A stretch of DNA of 64,000 bases from an uncultured bacterium (GCA_963823885.1 CAWGNL010000101.1:14444-78443), one strand, 5' to 3'. Counted from the first letter of the stretch, positions 9,835 to 20,126 are shown. The notes: generated by a model from the sequence alone, not told the origin. Program-made: numbers and translations.

Positions 9835-9906
9835 TTATGGGGGCGATCGCGTTGCGAGTGGGTCCCGACTTTCTGACTTTCGACTATTCCGGAGGAGGCA
9901 AGCAAA

Positions 9907-11046
9907 ATGTTCTTGAAACCTTGGGCGCGGTGTGGATTGTTATTTGGGCTGCTGGCGATGTCGTTGGCGGCGTGGGGTGATGGCTCCAAACTGGCGACCG
10001 GAGATTTGGTGGGGATAACGGTCGACGGCGAGCAGGAGCTTTCCAAAGCTTATCAGATAAACAGGGATGGCTGCATTACCATGCCGATGGTCGGTGCGGT
10101 AAAGGTGGCTGACTTGAGCCCATCGGATGCGGCGGCCGCTGTCTCGAAGTCGCTCCAAAAGATTCTGGTCAACCCGCAGGTGACGGTGGTGTTCATGGAG
10201 CGTGTCAAGATGCAGGTTTTTGTGGTAGGCGAAGTGAAGAAGTCAGGGCTTATCGAGATCGGCGATGGCGACAGGGTCATCCAGGCGCTGGCGGCGGCGG
10301 GTTACGACGATACGGTTGCCGATCTTTCCCGGGTCGCCATACACAGGGGCGACACCGTGATCCCCGTCGATCTGACCAGGTACCTTCACGCACAGGATCT
10401 CACGGCAAATCGCGAGCTTCAATCCGGGGATACTATCGTCGTGCCGTCGAAAGTCGAATCCATAGGATCGGTGCAAGTGGCGGGACAGGCGACCAAGACG
10501 GGGTCGTTTACATTGACCAAGGGAATGACTTTCAAGGAACTGATGGGACTGATCGGCGGCGCGACTGTGGAAGCGGATACCGAGAAGATCTCTATCAAGC
10601 ACGAAAAATCCACCGAGCAGATACCCGTTAAGTATAAAGAGGCGATGGACGGCGATCCGACGGCGGACCTGGTTCTCCAACCCAACGACCTGATTTACAT
10701 CCCGCGTTTGGAGACATCGTTCTATACCGTGATTGGCGGGGTCAACAGGCCGGGGCAGTTTCCCGTGAAAGGCAAGATGACCCTCAGCGAGGCGATAGGC
10801 GAAGCCGGCGGGCCGACGCCTGGAGTAGGCGACATGCGCAAGGTGCAGCTCATGCGCGCCGCGGACCCGAAGACCAATAAGTCGGAGACGCTCAATGTAG
10901 ATCTGTCCTCGTCCTTCAAGAACGCCAGTGCGGAGCCTCTTGTGGAGCGCGGCGACGTGATAATGGTCGCCGTGCATACGCCGAAGACGACCATGCTCGA
11001 CATATTTCGCGAGTTAACACCGTTGGGGTGGCTGTTGAGGCCGTAA
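9907..11046 (+). CDS. Polysaccharide export protein (Wza/GumB-like; Poly_export + SLBB repeats)
   Basis: 379 aa with a signal peptide. The N-terminal motif GDLVGITVDGEQELSKAYQINRDGCITMPMVGAVKVADLSPSDAAAAVSKSL is typical of the family, and soluble-ligand-binding beta-grasp-like repeats follow. It sits in an exosortase locus. Confidence 0.8.
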   Translation: MFLKPWARCGLLFGLLAMSLAAWGDGSKLATGDLVGITVDGEQELSKAYQINRDGCITMPMVGAVKVADLSPSDAAAAVSKSLQKILVNPQVTVVFMERVKMQVFVVGEVKKSGLIEIGDGDRVIQALAAAGYDDTVADLSRVAIHRGDTVIPVDLTRYLHAQDLTANRELQSGDTIVVPSKVESIGSVQVAGQATKTGSFTLTKGMTFKELMGLIGGATVEADTEKISIKHEKSTEQIPVKYKEAMDGDPTADLVLQPNDLIYIPRLETSFYTVIGGVNRPGQFPVKGKMTLSEAIGEAGGPTPGVGDMRKVQLMRAADPKTNKSETLNVDLSSSFKNASAEPLVERGDVIMVAVHTPKTTMLDIFRELTPLGWLLRP

Positions 11047-11665
11047 TTCGAAGGGCTGGGGGCTAGGAGATCGGGAAGGGAAGTCTGCGCCGGTGGCTTC
11101 GTTCCGGGCATTCTTGCCGTCCCCCTGTCTTCTTGTAAGCTTGCCCGGTTGTTCTTCCAACCCCCAGCCCCCAGCCCCCAGCCCCTGACTCTTAACTCCT
11201 GACCTAAAATTGTCGGAAAATGTCGAAGGAGTTTGCTTTTTCGGCGGGTAACTCTACTTAGAGCGCGTGCGCCTGGAAAATGCAGGCTATTTTTTGCGGC
11301 CGATTGTTTGAAGGTCCGTGCGGTTGGGGTAATAGGGGCCTGAGTACAAGAGCAGCCTGTAGGCCAATGGGGCCGCGTGTTGGGAACCCACCCGCCGGCC
11401 GGTTGGTTCAATCCCACTTGGCGGATCACGTAGGAGTCGTTTTCGGGCGAGGCTGGGAATCTCGTTCTTTTTTGGTTTCGGCGTTTAGATAGCACTACGG
11501 ATGGTAAAAATCTATTCAACACAGGCTCGTGTCTGTGTGCCCGGCTGGGTGGATTGGAGTACCCAATCAATCGGAATGCAGCGCGCCGGGTCGATGAGTC
11601 GGCGCGGATTCGATGGGCGCGGAGCATTTGCTCAATCAAGTTAACGATGGAGGAGGATACAGACA

Positions 11666-12319
11666 ATGAGGAAAACGATCGCTTTGCTGATGGTTGCGGG
11701 TGCGATGGTGTTGGCGATGGCTGCGGGTGTAACCGCTCTGCCGACTTACATCACGGATACCGCTGGGCTCGGAAGCGCGACCCTGGATGGCTTCACCCTC
11801 TGCACGCCGAGCACACCCCCCGGAGGCGCGTTCACGTCGGGCATACTGAGTGAAGGCACCTTGAATGTCTACAGCTACGAGATGGCGGTAAGCGGGGGGA
11901 CTCTGTGGGACTACGCTATGGTGAACACCACGAACAATCCGGCTACGGGCCAGGCGTACCAGATCAAGAGCTTCAGCGTGGATTACACTCTCACCGGGTT
12001 CCCGCAGAGTTCTTTTACCAATGAAGCGAGCAACCTCATCGGTTGGAGCTATGTCTGGGCAGGCGTCAACGGCCTCACCATGGACTTTTCGACCACGAAC
12101 ACCAGCGACTACCTGACCGGTGGCGCCTGCGGGCAGTTCAACGTAGAGACTCCGGCGAGTGTGTCTATGCAGGACCTGGCCGGAACCGGTTCGAACGGCC
12201 ATTCATTCAACGGTTACGTGTGTGGTCCTCAGGCGGTTCCTGAGCCGATAAGCGTCATCCTTGGTTTCCTGGGTCTGGCGAGCGTCGCCGGTTTCAGGCG
12301 GCTTCGAACGAAGTCATAG
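11666..12319 (+). CDS. PEP-CTERM sorting-domain protein
   Basis: 217 aa with a signal peptide (MRKTIALLMVAGAMVLAMA). The C-terminus is VPEPISVILGFLGLASVAGFRRLRTKS: PEP motif, TM helix, basic tail. It is a paralogue of 12744..13361. Confidence 0.9.
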   Translation: MRKTIALLMVAGAMVLAMAAGVTALPTYITDTAGLGSATLDGFTLCTPSTPPGGAFTSGILSEGTLNVYSYEMAVSGGTLWDYAMVNTTNNPATGQAYQIKSFSVDYTLTGFPQSSFTNEASNLIGWSYVWAGVNGLTMDFSTTNTSDYLTGGACGQFNVETPASVSMQDLAGTGSNGHSFNGYVCGPQAVPEPISVILGFLGLASVAGFRRLRTKS

Positions 12320-12353
12320 TTACTTTCGACAATCAGCTAAGTGCACAAAGCAT

Positions 12354-12386
12354 GGAGCGGGGCCCCGTTGGGGCTCCGCTCTTTAA
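12354..12386 (+). terminator. Rho-independent terminator
   Basis: GGAGCGGGGCCCC-gttg-GGGGCTCCGCTC followed by TTTAAC, 35 nt after the stop codon. Confidence 0.55.
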
Positions 12387-12561
12387 CATATAGCGTGCAG
12401 CGGAAAGCCCGGAACCCTCGTCCGCCGCGCAGGCTGCCCAACACCCAACACCCATCACGGCATCACCCTCTCTTCGCCAGATTTAAGACCCCGCGCGTTC
12501 ACACCTCGTACTATTACTGTGCAGGTGCACAAGTATTTCCACCTGTTTTTGCACATATCTG

Positions 12562-12590
12562 TTGACTTGGTACGATTTGTGAAGTATCAT
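12562..12590 (+). promoter_or_regulatory. Sigma70-type promoter (TTGACT-17-TATCAT)
   Basis: -35 TTGACT at 12562-12567, a 17-nt spacer, -10 TATCAT at 12585-12590. This leaves a ~150-nt leader before ATG 12744. Confidence 0.45.
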
Positions 12591-12743
12591 GTGAATAGCT
12601 GGGCAATTCGAAGTTGCCAGCTAACAGCACCTGAGGAACGCCGGTTTCGACCGGGTTTGCGCGCGCCGGGTCGATGGGTCGGCGCTGATTCAATGGGCGC
12701 GGAGCATAGCTCAATCAAGTAATCAAAAAGGAGGATACACAAA

Positions 12744-13361
12744 ATGAGAAAAATGATCGCCCTGCTTATGGTGGCAGGGGCACTGGTGTTGGCGGGTACC
12801 GCATACGCAGGCGGGATTTACATCTCGGACCTGGGTCAGCTCGGAAACGCCACTGTGGATAGCTTCACCCTCTGCGGCACGAGCACGTTCACGTCGAGTC
12901 CCGGCTTCGGCTATCTCACCTGCTACAGCTACGAGATGGCGGTGAGCGGAGGGACCTTGTGGGACTACTGCCTGCAGAATAACTCGTACTACCCCGCAAC
13001 GGGCAGCGCGTTTCTGATCAGGAGCTTCACAGTCGATTATACTCCTACCGGGATCCCGGTGAGTGATTTCACTAACGTCACAAGTGACCGCGGTTGGGGC
13101 TCCAACTTTTCAGGTTTCACCCTGAACTGGAACACGACCGAGGGTTCCGCAGCGTCACTGAATGGTGGCGACGTGGGACAATTCAACGTGGAGACCCCGC
13201 AGCTTCCGTACGAGATGGAACTGGTGTCATCCGGGCAGGATGGCGCCGCATTCACCGGCTCTGTGTGTGGTCCGGCCGTGGTTCCCGAGCCGGTCAGCCT
13301 CGTGCTTGGCTTCCTCGGTCTGACGAGCGTTGCCAGTTTCAGGCGGCTTCGACCGAGATAA
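12744..13361 (+). CDS. PEP-CTERM sorting-domain protein
   Basis: 205 aa with a signal peptide. The C-terminus is VPEPVSLVLGFLGLTSVASFRRLRPR. It shares YSYEMAVSGGTLWDY and GQFNVETP blocks with the upstream paralogue. Confidence 0.9.
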   Translation: MRKMIALLMVAGALVLAGTAYAGGIYISDLGQLGNATVDSFTLCGTSTFTSSPGFGYLTCYSYEMAVSGGTLWDYCLQNNSYYPATGSAFLIRSFTVDYTPTGIPVSDFTNVTSDRGWGSNFSGFTLNWNTTEGSAASLNGGDVGQFNVETPQLPYEMELVSSGQDGAAFTGSVCGPAVVPEPVSLVLGFLGLTSVASFRRLRPR

Positions 13362-13399
13362 TAGTCAGTGACTTTCGATAATCAGGTGCGCAAAGCAAG

Positions 13400-13430
13400 G
13401 AGCGGAGCCCACAGCGGCTCCGCTTTTTGC
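13400..13430 (+). terminator. Rho-independent terminator
   Basis: GAGCGGAGCC-cacag-CGGCTCCGCT followed by TTTTT. Confidence 0.6.
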
Positions 13431-13515
13431 ACAGTAGCGGGAGGGCAGAGGACAGCGAATTTTGAATTTTGAATTTGGACTCGTTACTCGTTACTCAGCA
13501 CTACTCTAGCCCCCA

Positions 13516-15309
13516 TCACCTATCCGACGGCCCGATGCCGTATATCTGGATGTCGTCGGGATCCAGAGGGTTGCTTTGCCGCAGAATCTTCAAGTCAGAG
13601 AGTGTCTCGGAAACGGCAAAGTTGCGCCGCAGCCTGGGGAGATTATCGCGGATGAACTTCTCCTTCTCGCCGGTGAGGCCTAGCTGCTGGATTATTTGCT
13701 TAAGGCCCTTGTCGGGATCCGCCATATATTCGCGCCAGAGCCGGACGCGGTGCAACACGTACCATATTTCACCCTTGGAGTACGACTCGCACTCGGGGGT
13801 CAGAATTACGACCTGGGCGGTAAGGTCTTTCGCGGAGACCGCGAGAGCATCCTTGTCGGAGTATGGCAGCCAGACAGCCGTGCACTTGCTGCGCCAGGCG
13901 GCGACCCACGGCACGTCCGTATAGATAATCCCGTTCGTTCCCATGTCGCCCAGTTTAGCGAAGTATCTGTCCGCCGCGCTTTGCTGGTCTGTTCTCCGAT
14001 CGCCTGTCGGGAAGGCGACCAGTGTCACGGCCTCCATCGCCGCGATAAACACAAATCCCCCGATGAGGACCTTGGCGTAAAACGGATGCATTTTCTTCGC
14101 GTCCACGAGCAGCAGGAAATAGGCCGACGCCAGCACCGCGGCCGGAGGCGCCAGCAAGATAATCGCGTTCATGGACAGATTGAAGACCGCGGCGCACACC
14201 ACCAACAGCGGCGCCAGGGCATACATCAATCCTCTGACAGCGTTCGCCTCGGCGCTCCTAAACCTGTACATCATCCCGACAATCGCGAAAGGCAGCCCCA
14301 GCAGGCCCAGCATGGGTATGATCTGGCGGACCACATCCATCGAGACGCCGAAAAACTTCCAGGCGAAAGAGGCGAAGTGGTCGAAGGGAAAAAGCATCAC
14401 CGTGGAGATTTGCCGGTTTGCCGGATCCGTCGAGCGGAAAAACGTCTCGCTCGGAAACGCGGTGGTATTCGATGCGATCTCCCAGGCGTTGACGCCGAGC
14501 ACCGGAAAGCCGGTCAGTTCATAATTCCTATAGGCCCAGGGCGAGACGATCAAAAGGCTTGCCGCCAGGAATGCAATCAGGCATAGTCTTCTTGCGCTGC
14601 CCGTTACGGCGAAATAGACCGCCAGGGGGACTATGAGGAATATCAGAATATGATGGGTGTAGTAGAGCAGAGCAAGCAATACGCCGGCAAGGACGGCGAA
14701 CACGAGTGCCTTTCCCGTCCGGCCGCTCTCGCAACCTCGATGATGCCCTGCGACCGTGCACAACAGCAGGGTCAACCACAAAGCAGCCATTGGCCACTCT
14801 CCGCCGGAGGCGCCCACTCGCAGCAACGGTGTGCTGGCTCCAAATATAACCGCCGCCAGCAGGCCCGCGCGCGAGTCGAAGAGCACCAGCCCCAGCAGGT
14901 ATACCGCGACCATTGTCAGGCAGAAGAATATGAGGCAAGGCCAGATCGCCGTCTGGTCCCCGGCGCCCTTCAAATCGAAAAAAGCCGAGACCGTGTACGG
15001 GAAAAGAGGGGCGTGGTTCGTCTCGATGTTCACCTGGCCGGCCTCGAGGAGCCCCGCGTTGAAGGGCCTGATGAAGCGCGTGGTGAAACCCCTGCCTTCC
15101 GCAATATTCCTGGCAACCTGGGCGATGTCGCAGGTTTCCCGCTGGGTCACGCCAGTATATGTCTGCTTGTAAAACAGCGCGGCGAACGCAACCATTCCCG
15201 CCAAAACACCCATCACAATAAAAGTGCGCCGCAGAGAGGCACTGCGTTGGGTAAGCCCGAGACCGTTCGGAGCTTGGGCTGTTTCACTCGGCGCATGTTC
15301 GATATCCAT
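13516..15309 (-). CDS. Multi-pass membrane glycosyltransferase, ArnT/PMT (GT39/GT83)-like
   Basis: 597 aa with more than 10 hydrophobic helices. The first-loop motif DIAQVARNIAEGRGFTTRF is typical of ArnT/PMT-type enzymes. A soluble C-terminal domain follows. It sits in the polysaccharide locus. Confidence 0.6.
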   Translation of the reverse strand: MDIEHAPSETAQAPNGLGLTQRSASLRRTFIVMGVLAGMVAFAALFYKQTYTGVTQRETCDIAQVARNIAEGRGFTTRFIRPFNAGLLEAGQVNIETNHAPLFPYTVSAFFDLKGAGDQTAIWPCLIFFCLTMVAVYLLGLVLFDSRAGLLAAVIFGASTPLLRVGASGGEWPMAALWLTLLLCTVAGHHRGCESGRTGKALVFAVLAGVLLALLYYTHHILIFLIVPLAVYFAVTGSARRLCLIAFLAASLLIVSPWAYRNYELTGFPVLGVNAWEIASNTTAFPSETFFRSTDPANRQISTVMLFPFDHFASFAWKFFGVSMDVVRQIIPMLGLLGLPFAIVGMMYRFRSAEANAVRGLMYALAPLLVVCAAVFNLSMNAIILLAPPAAVLASAYFLLLVDAKKMHPFYAKVLIGGFVFIAAMEAVTLVAFPTGDRRTDQQSAADRYFAKLGDMGTNGIIYTDVPWVAAWRSKCTAVWLPYSDKDALAVSAKDLTAQVVILTPECESYSKGEIWYVLHRVRLWREYMADPDKGLKQIIQQLGLTGEKEKFIRDNLPRLRRNFAVSETLSDLKILRQSNPLDPDDIQIYGIGPSDR

Positions 15310-15466
15310 GTCGATCTCCTCGCAATAGTCGAAAGTCGCAAAGTCGCAAAGTCAAAAGTCGGGACTCCCGCACGCGGGTAAGCCCCCCGGCTGGGTGGCG
15401 CCTCGCCTGTTCGGGCAGATTTGCAAAGGTGATAGATGATGGGTGTCGGAGGAAACTTCCCTTCCA

Positions 15467-16666
15467 TCACCTATCCCCCGACACCCCACACCTGCAAGCC
15501 GCCGCTTCCTCGTAGATGCGTTCGAGCTTCTCGACGCTGGATTGCCAGGAGTAACGCGCAAGGACCTCCGCTCGGCCTTTTTGGCCGATCCGGGCGGCTT
15601 CGTCGGGTCGCTCGAAAAGCCGCGACACCCTCTCGATTACCTGCTCCGAACTCTGAGCTTCGATGGTCCCGGGGCAGTCGCTTCCGAACGGTCTCAGCCC
15701 CGATGGGCTGGCTACCACCGGCACGGCCATGGCCATTGCTTCCAGCACCTTGTTCTGGATTCCCACTGCCACCTGCATTGGAGCCACGGCCACGGCGGAT
15801 GAATCGATGTATCTCCTGATGTCGTCGACGTATCCGGTGACTGTTATCCCCGGCTTCTCGCCAAGATTTCGCACCTCGACCGGGGGATCACTGCCCACAA
15901 TCAGGTACTCGGCGTCGGGCCACTTGTTTCGGAGCGCGGGGAAGACGTTTTCCGCGAACCACAGCGCGGCCTGCGCGTTGGGATAATAGCTCATCTTTCC
16001 GCTAAAGACAACCCGCCGCCGGGCCTTATCGCTGCCGAGCGGCGCGAAGTACGCGGTATCGACGCCGTTGGGTATCACACTGACTTGAAGAGCCGGCTCA
16101 AGACCGATTAGAGCGTTTCTCTCGGATTCGCTGGTGATGACCACCCGGTCGAACCGCCTGAGAAATCTTGGCTCGAAACGGCGCAGTTTCCATGCCTCCT
16201 CAGCCATCACGAACTTGCCGATGGGATTGCGCTTGGAGCGCGCCATCTGGCTGAAAAGCCCGGTCAGGCAGTCGACCGCATCGAAGACCACGGGCACGGC
16301 TGGCCCATTTGGCGCGAAGTGAGCCGACCGCAGATGTTCCACATGCACCACATCGAAGTGGACCCGCAAGAGTAAGCCGTCGACCACATGTTCATAGCGG
16401 GAGAGCGGCAGAACGACGTGCACATCGGGTAAGGGCTGGGCAGCGCCAGCAGTGACTGCGAAAACCCCCGAAGCCTGGAGTGGGGAACTATTCTTATATC
16501 CTGGACATAGCGCGCCAGTTCGTCGATGCCTTCGCTCTTCGCCCCGCCCAGCTCTCCCAAGGCAGCGACGTAGACCTTGTGCCGCTTTCCAAGCTCCAGG
16601 GCGATGTGAAACGTTCTGACCCTGATCCTGGATGGAACATAAGGCGCTACAAAAGAGTACGTTCAT
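15467..16666 (-). CDS. Glycosyltransferase family 4 (PEP-CTERM/exosortase-associated sugar-transferase type); two frame breaks (~16650, ~16440)
   Basis: The C-terminal GT1/GT4 core is intact (VVFSGKMSYYPNAQAALWF...GIQNKVLEAMAMAVPVVAS). The N-terminus reads MNVLF / VAPYVPSRIRVRTFHIALELGKRHKVYVAALG...RIVPHSRLRGFSQSLLALPSP / DVHVVLPLSRYEHV across three frames. Confidence 0.7.
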   Translation of the reverse strand: MNVLFCSALCSIQDQGQNVSHRPGAWKAAQGLRRCLGRAGRGEERRHRRTGALCPGYKNSSPLQASGVFAVTAGAAQPLPDVHVVLPLSRYEHVVDGLLLRVHFDVVHVEHLRSAHFAPNGPAVPVVFDAVDCLTGLFSQMARSKRNPIGKFVMAEEAWKLRRFEPRFLRRFDRVVITSESERNALIGLEPALQVSVIPNGVDTAYFAPLGSDKARRRVVFSGKMSYYPNAQAALWFAENVFPALRNKWPDAEYLIVGSDPPVEVRNLGEKPGITVTGYVDDIRRYIDSSAVAVAPMQVAVGIQNKVLEAMAMAVPVVASPSGLRPFGSDCPGTIEAQSSEQVIERVSRLFERPDEAARIGQKGRAEVLARYSWQSSVEKLERIYEEAAACRCGVSGDR

Positions 16667-16926
16667 ATTGCACCGCGGTTAAGTTTATAGCTGAAAGCGG
16701 AAAGTGGAAAGCCCAGATACCATCTCCACTGAGTGCTGGGTAACGAGTGACGAGCGCGCCGAACGCTCCCGAGACAGCGCGAGCGTCGCCTGCCAGCCCT
16801 AACGGTTGAAACCGGGGCTACAAAGCACGAAGTCGGCCTTCGCCGACTGGAGGTGCAGTCCCCGAAGGGGACTTTGTGCTGCCGTAGCCGCGAATTCATT
16901 CGGCGGAGGCTTTCCACTTTCAGCTT

Positions 16927-18132
16927 TCAGCTTTCCATTCCCCTCCCCTCCGCCATCATCTCATAAAGTCCGAGCAGGCGCTTGCCCAGAACCTCCCACG
17001 AGTACTTCCGGCAGACAAGCTCCCGTGCTTTTCGGCCCAAATCGGCGGCTATTTCAGGGTTTTGGAGCAGGCGCGTCACCGCGCCGGCGAACTCGCGCGC
17101 GTCGTCCGCGATCAGCAGATGCTCCCCCGATACGACTTCCAGCCCCTCCGCTCCGACCGATGTGGAGACTATGGGAAGCCCCATCGCCATTGCATTTAGA
17201 ATCTTCACCCGTACTCCGCTTCCCGAGCGCAAGGGGACGACAAACACAGCGCAATCCCGCGCGGTATCAAGTTCGTTTGCGACATAGCCGGTGACCCTCA
17301 CCGCCGGGTCCGCCGCCAGTGCCCGGATCGCCGCCACCGGGCGCTGACCGGCAATTGTCAGCGTGCAGCCGGATACCTCTTGCCGCACCAGAGGGAAAAC
17401 CTCGCGGTGGAAATAAAGCATCGAGTCGACGTTCGGCGGCCAGTACATCGTCCCGATCGAGAGGATATTCCTCGACTCGGTTCGCTCGAGACCGCTGAAG
17501 CGTTCCACGTCTACTCCGATCGGCACGCTGAAAATGTTCACGAGCGACGGCTCGAACTCCTTAAGCTTGGCCCTGTCTTCTTCGCTTACCGTGATGACCA
17601 GATCGCATTTCCGGCAGGCATCCAGTTCCAGGCGGCGGAGCTTGGGCCACTCGATCTTCGCGTAGGAGCGCATCGCGGCGCTCTCCGCGGCGCCGGCGAG
17701 CCGTTCGATTATCATCGATTCCACGTTATGATGGTCCAGGACCGTTTTGAATCCGCCATCGAAGTCGACGAACTGCGCCATCTGCAGGTGGTCTATATGA
17801 ACCACATCCGGCTTAAACGCCTGGGCCGCTGCCGCGACCGCGCGGCGCATCCCGGCCCGGTAGTCCCTCGTAACGACGAACGACCTGCCAAGCGCGAGGG
17901 CAGCCACGAGGTCGCGCGCCTGCCTGAGCTTGCTCCGAGACAATGGAACCGTATTCACGGGGCAGATTTGCGCCAGGTCGCCGGCTCGGGCGGCTTCGTC
18001 CTGGGTCCGAACGTAGGCAAGCACCCGGACTTCATGCTCGCCGGCCAGTGCCCTGAGTGTGTAATGAGACTTTATCTTGCCACCGGAGTCCAGCGGAAGT
18101 GGAAACAGGTGCGCAAGGAACAGGATCTTCAT
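16927..18132 (-). CDS. Glycosyltransferase family 4 (PEP-CTERM/exosortase-associated sugar-transferase type)
   Basis: 401 aa, intact: MKILFLAHLFPLPLDSGGKIKSHYTLRALA... and the GT4 C-terminal block RSGSGVRVKILNAMAMGLPIVSTSVGAEGL. Confidence 0.85.
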   Translation of the reverse strand: MKILFLAHLFPLPLDSGGKIKSHYTLRALAGEHEVRVLAYVRTQDEAARAGDLAQICPVNTVPLSRSKLRQARDLVAALALGRSFVVTRDYRAGMRRAVAAAAQAFKPDVVHIDHLQMAQFVDFDGGFKTVLDHHNVESMIIERLAGAAESAAMRSYAKIEWPKLRRLELDACRKCDLVITVSEEDRAKLKEFEPSLVNIFSVPIGVDVERFSGLERTESRNILSIGTMYWPPNVDSMLYFHREVFPLVRQEVSGCTLTIAGQRPVAAIRALAADPAVRVTGYVANELDTARDCAVFVVPLRSGSGVRVKILNAMAMGLPIVSTSVGAEGLEVVSGEHLLIADDAREFAGAVTRLLQNPEIAADLGRKARELVCRKYSWEVLGKRLLGLYEMMAEGRGMES

Positions 18133-18306
18133 AGTAACGAGTGCTGAGTAACGGGTAACGAGTAGCGAGTCGAAATTTTAAATTTTAAAATTTTGAATTT
18201 TGAATTAGGGAAGGGATCCAGCAACCCGGTGGAGATCCCCTTTCAATTCAAAATTTACAATTTAAAATTTCAAAATTTGCTGCTTTCTGCCCCCTGCTCT
18301 CCCTTC

Positions 18307-18948
18307 TCAGCTTCCCTTCAAACAAGTCGTCAGCGGTTTGTCCGCGTCTTGGAGAAACCTACCGGCTTGTGCCAGCGCGTCTTTTTCCGAATTGGGCATG
18401 GAGACACTCAAGCGGATAAATGCCCATCCGTACTTCCTGGGCTGCAATCTGTCGAGGGCCATCGCCAACTGCTGCCAGATGAAATTGGCCTGCGTGCGCT
18501 CACCGGATGCGTACCAGTAGATTATCAGTTGCCTGTCGCTTTCCGATCTGGCCGTGATCTTGACGGCCCCCACCCGCTTGCGGTTGTAGGGCACCGTAGT
18601 GTAGCCTTGGGTGACAAGCTCGTAACCCTGCGCAGGGTAGCATCTTTCGGGCCGGTGGACAAATCCGCGCCGCCCGTATTTGCGGTACACGATCAGCAGT
18701 TGCAGGTACTGATCCGAACCGGGTTCCGAGTAGATCCTGCACAAATACGAGTCCGCGTCGATGTCCGCGAGCGTCTGCTTGTCGATAAGTTGGTCCGTTC
18801 CCCGATACGGACCGATTCTTTTGGGGAACGATGTGAAATCAGCGGAAAACTTTGCCTCGGCAGGCTGTGACCGTATCAAGCAGCCCACAATACCCGCTGC
18901 CACGAGCATCAACAATACTACGATGTACTTCGGCTTCTGCTCAGCCAT
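18307..18948 (-). CDS. epsI: EpsI-family exosortase-associated protein
   Basis: 213 aa with an N-terminal membrane anchor and the HRPERCYPAQGY motif (H-x-PE-x-C...G signature of EpsI/DUF3485). It lies immediately downstream of the exosortase and overlaps it by 31 nt. Confidence 0.8.
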   Translation of the reverse strand: MAEQKPKYIVVLLMLVAAGIVGCLIRSQPAEAKFSADFTSFPKRIGPYRGTDQLIDKQTLADIDADSYLCRIYSEPGSDQYLQLLIVYRKYGRRGFVHRPERCYPAQGYELVTQGYTTVPYNRKRVGAVKITARSESDRQLIIYWYASGERTQANFIWQQLAMALDRLQPRKYGWAFIRLSVSMPNSEKDALAQAGRFLQDADKPLTTCLKGS

Positions 18949-19823
18949 TCAAGCCCCCAGTTTATCAGGAACATAAGCCCAATTGCGATCAAGAAAAGAA
19001 GCGGGCTGGACCACTCGTGGTATATGTTTTGCGCCACATCCTCTCCCCATTGCCATCCCACCAAGGCGAGAGATGTAATCCTGACCACGTTCGCGACAAG
19101 AGCAATCGGGAGTGACAGGCAGAAAAGGAGCCACTTGAACTTAACCGGCAGGTGGGTAATGTAAGCGAAGGTGGCCGTAACGAAAACCAAAGCCGCGAGG
19201 GACCTCATACCGCTGCACCCCTCTACCACCTCGAATTGGTAGACCGAGAAATCCGCGCACGTGACAGTGAGCCTCACGCCGCTGTGAACCACGGCTATGT
19301 GCATCAGGCCCAGCAAATGCGCAGTCGCCCCGCTGGCCCAAAGCTGCATCGGGAAACCGATTGTGTCGCGTACCTCTCCCGTAACGGGAATCACGAATAG
19401 CATCAACGCCAAGGGAAACGCAAGGACCTTTACAAGGCTGGCACTGTGCAAATACAGGCATAGTCCCACCAAGCAGATGAGAACCGAATAAGCCGACGGC
19501 CCTGAAATATCCAGGCCCACCCCGGCCAGGTGCATCACAAGCGCCATCGCCACCAGCGCCAGCCCCCATGCGCAGGGTTTGCGCTCCAGCCTTGCGACCT
19601 CGGGCCATTTTCTCCAGGTGAAGTATGCCGAGACGAAAGGCGCCAGAAACGCAAGCGAATCCTGCATGTCCGCCAGTGCTTTTACCCAGAAGAATCGCAA
19701 CGTCTGCGCGTACACGAAAACGGCGGCTGCCACTATCGCGGCCAGCCACAACAATTCCGCATTCTTGAACTTAGCTGCTTTTGCCTCTACCGCGTGCATA
19801 TCCCTTGGCTCCGGTATATTCAA
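18918..19823 (-). CDS. Exosortase (EpsH/Xrt family)
   Basis: 301 aa, polytopic. It has the exosortase signature region FEVVEGCSGMRSLAALVF and a later NVVRITSLALVG segment. Neighbours are EpsI, GT4 enzymes and PEP-CTERM substrates. Confidence 0.85.
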   Translation of the reverse strand: MNIPEPRDMHAVEAKAAKFKNAELLWLAAIVAAAVFVYAQTLRFFWVKALADMQDSLAFLAPFVSAYFTWRKWPEVARLERKPCAWGLALVAMALVMHLAGVGLDISGPSAYSVLICLVGLCLYLHSASLVKVLAFPLALMLFVIPVTGEVRDTIGFPMQLWASGATAHLLGLMHIAVVHSGVRLTVTCADFSVYQFEVVEGCSGMRSLAALVFVTATFAYITHLPVKFKWLLFCLSLPIALVANVVRITSLALVGWQWGEDVAQNIYHEWSSPLLFLIAIGLMFLINWGLEWLSRSRSTS

Positions 19824-19829
19824 CTTAGG

Positions 19830-19915
19830 TGGCGGAGGCGAGAGGATTCGAACCCCTGGGGCTTTCGCCCAATGGTTTTCAAGACCACCGCCTTAAACCA
19901 CTCGGCCACGCCTCC
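19830..19915 (-). tRNA. tRNA-Ser (anticodon TGA)
   Basis: Reverse strand GGAGGCGTGGCCGAGTGGTTTAAGGCGGTGGTCTTGAAAACCATTGGGCGAAAGCCCCAGGGGTTCGAATCCTCTCGCCTCCGCCA. It has anticodon loop CTTGAAA, a long variable arm and an encoded CCA. Confidence 0.85.
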
Positions 19916-20097
19916 GCGGATGTCACCTAGATTATACCGTAAGGGAGGTCAAAAGTCGAAGGTCAGAAGTTGAAAGTCGGAAACTTTGCCTATCGTGTCG
20001 TTCCCGCCGCCGCATAGGTGGGTCGTAATAATCAATGCTCTTCTAGGCGGCTTTATGTGTTGAGCAAGACTTTTTCTGCTTATTTTTTGTTTCACTA

Positions 20098-20126
20098 TTG
20101 ACACGGTGAGTCAAATCGCGTATACT
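20098..20126 (+). promoter_or_regulatory. Sigma70-type promoter (TTGACA-17-TATACT)
   Basis: -35 at 20098-20103 and -10 at 20121-20126, upstream of the response-regulator gene. Confidence 0.5.

Noticed and set aside
10722-11666. 314-aa minus-strand ORF spanning the Wza 3' end and the following intergenic region
   Set aside because: It overlaps a confident plus-strand gene and then crosses repeat-rich intergenic DNA (CCCCAGCCCCCAGCC runs). It has low-complexity composition and no motifs.
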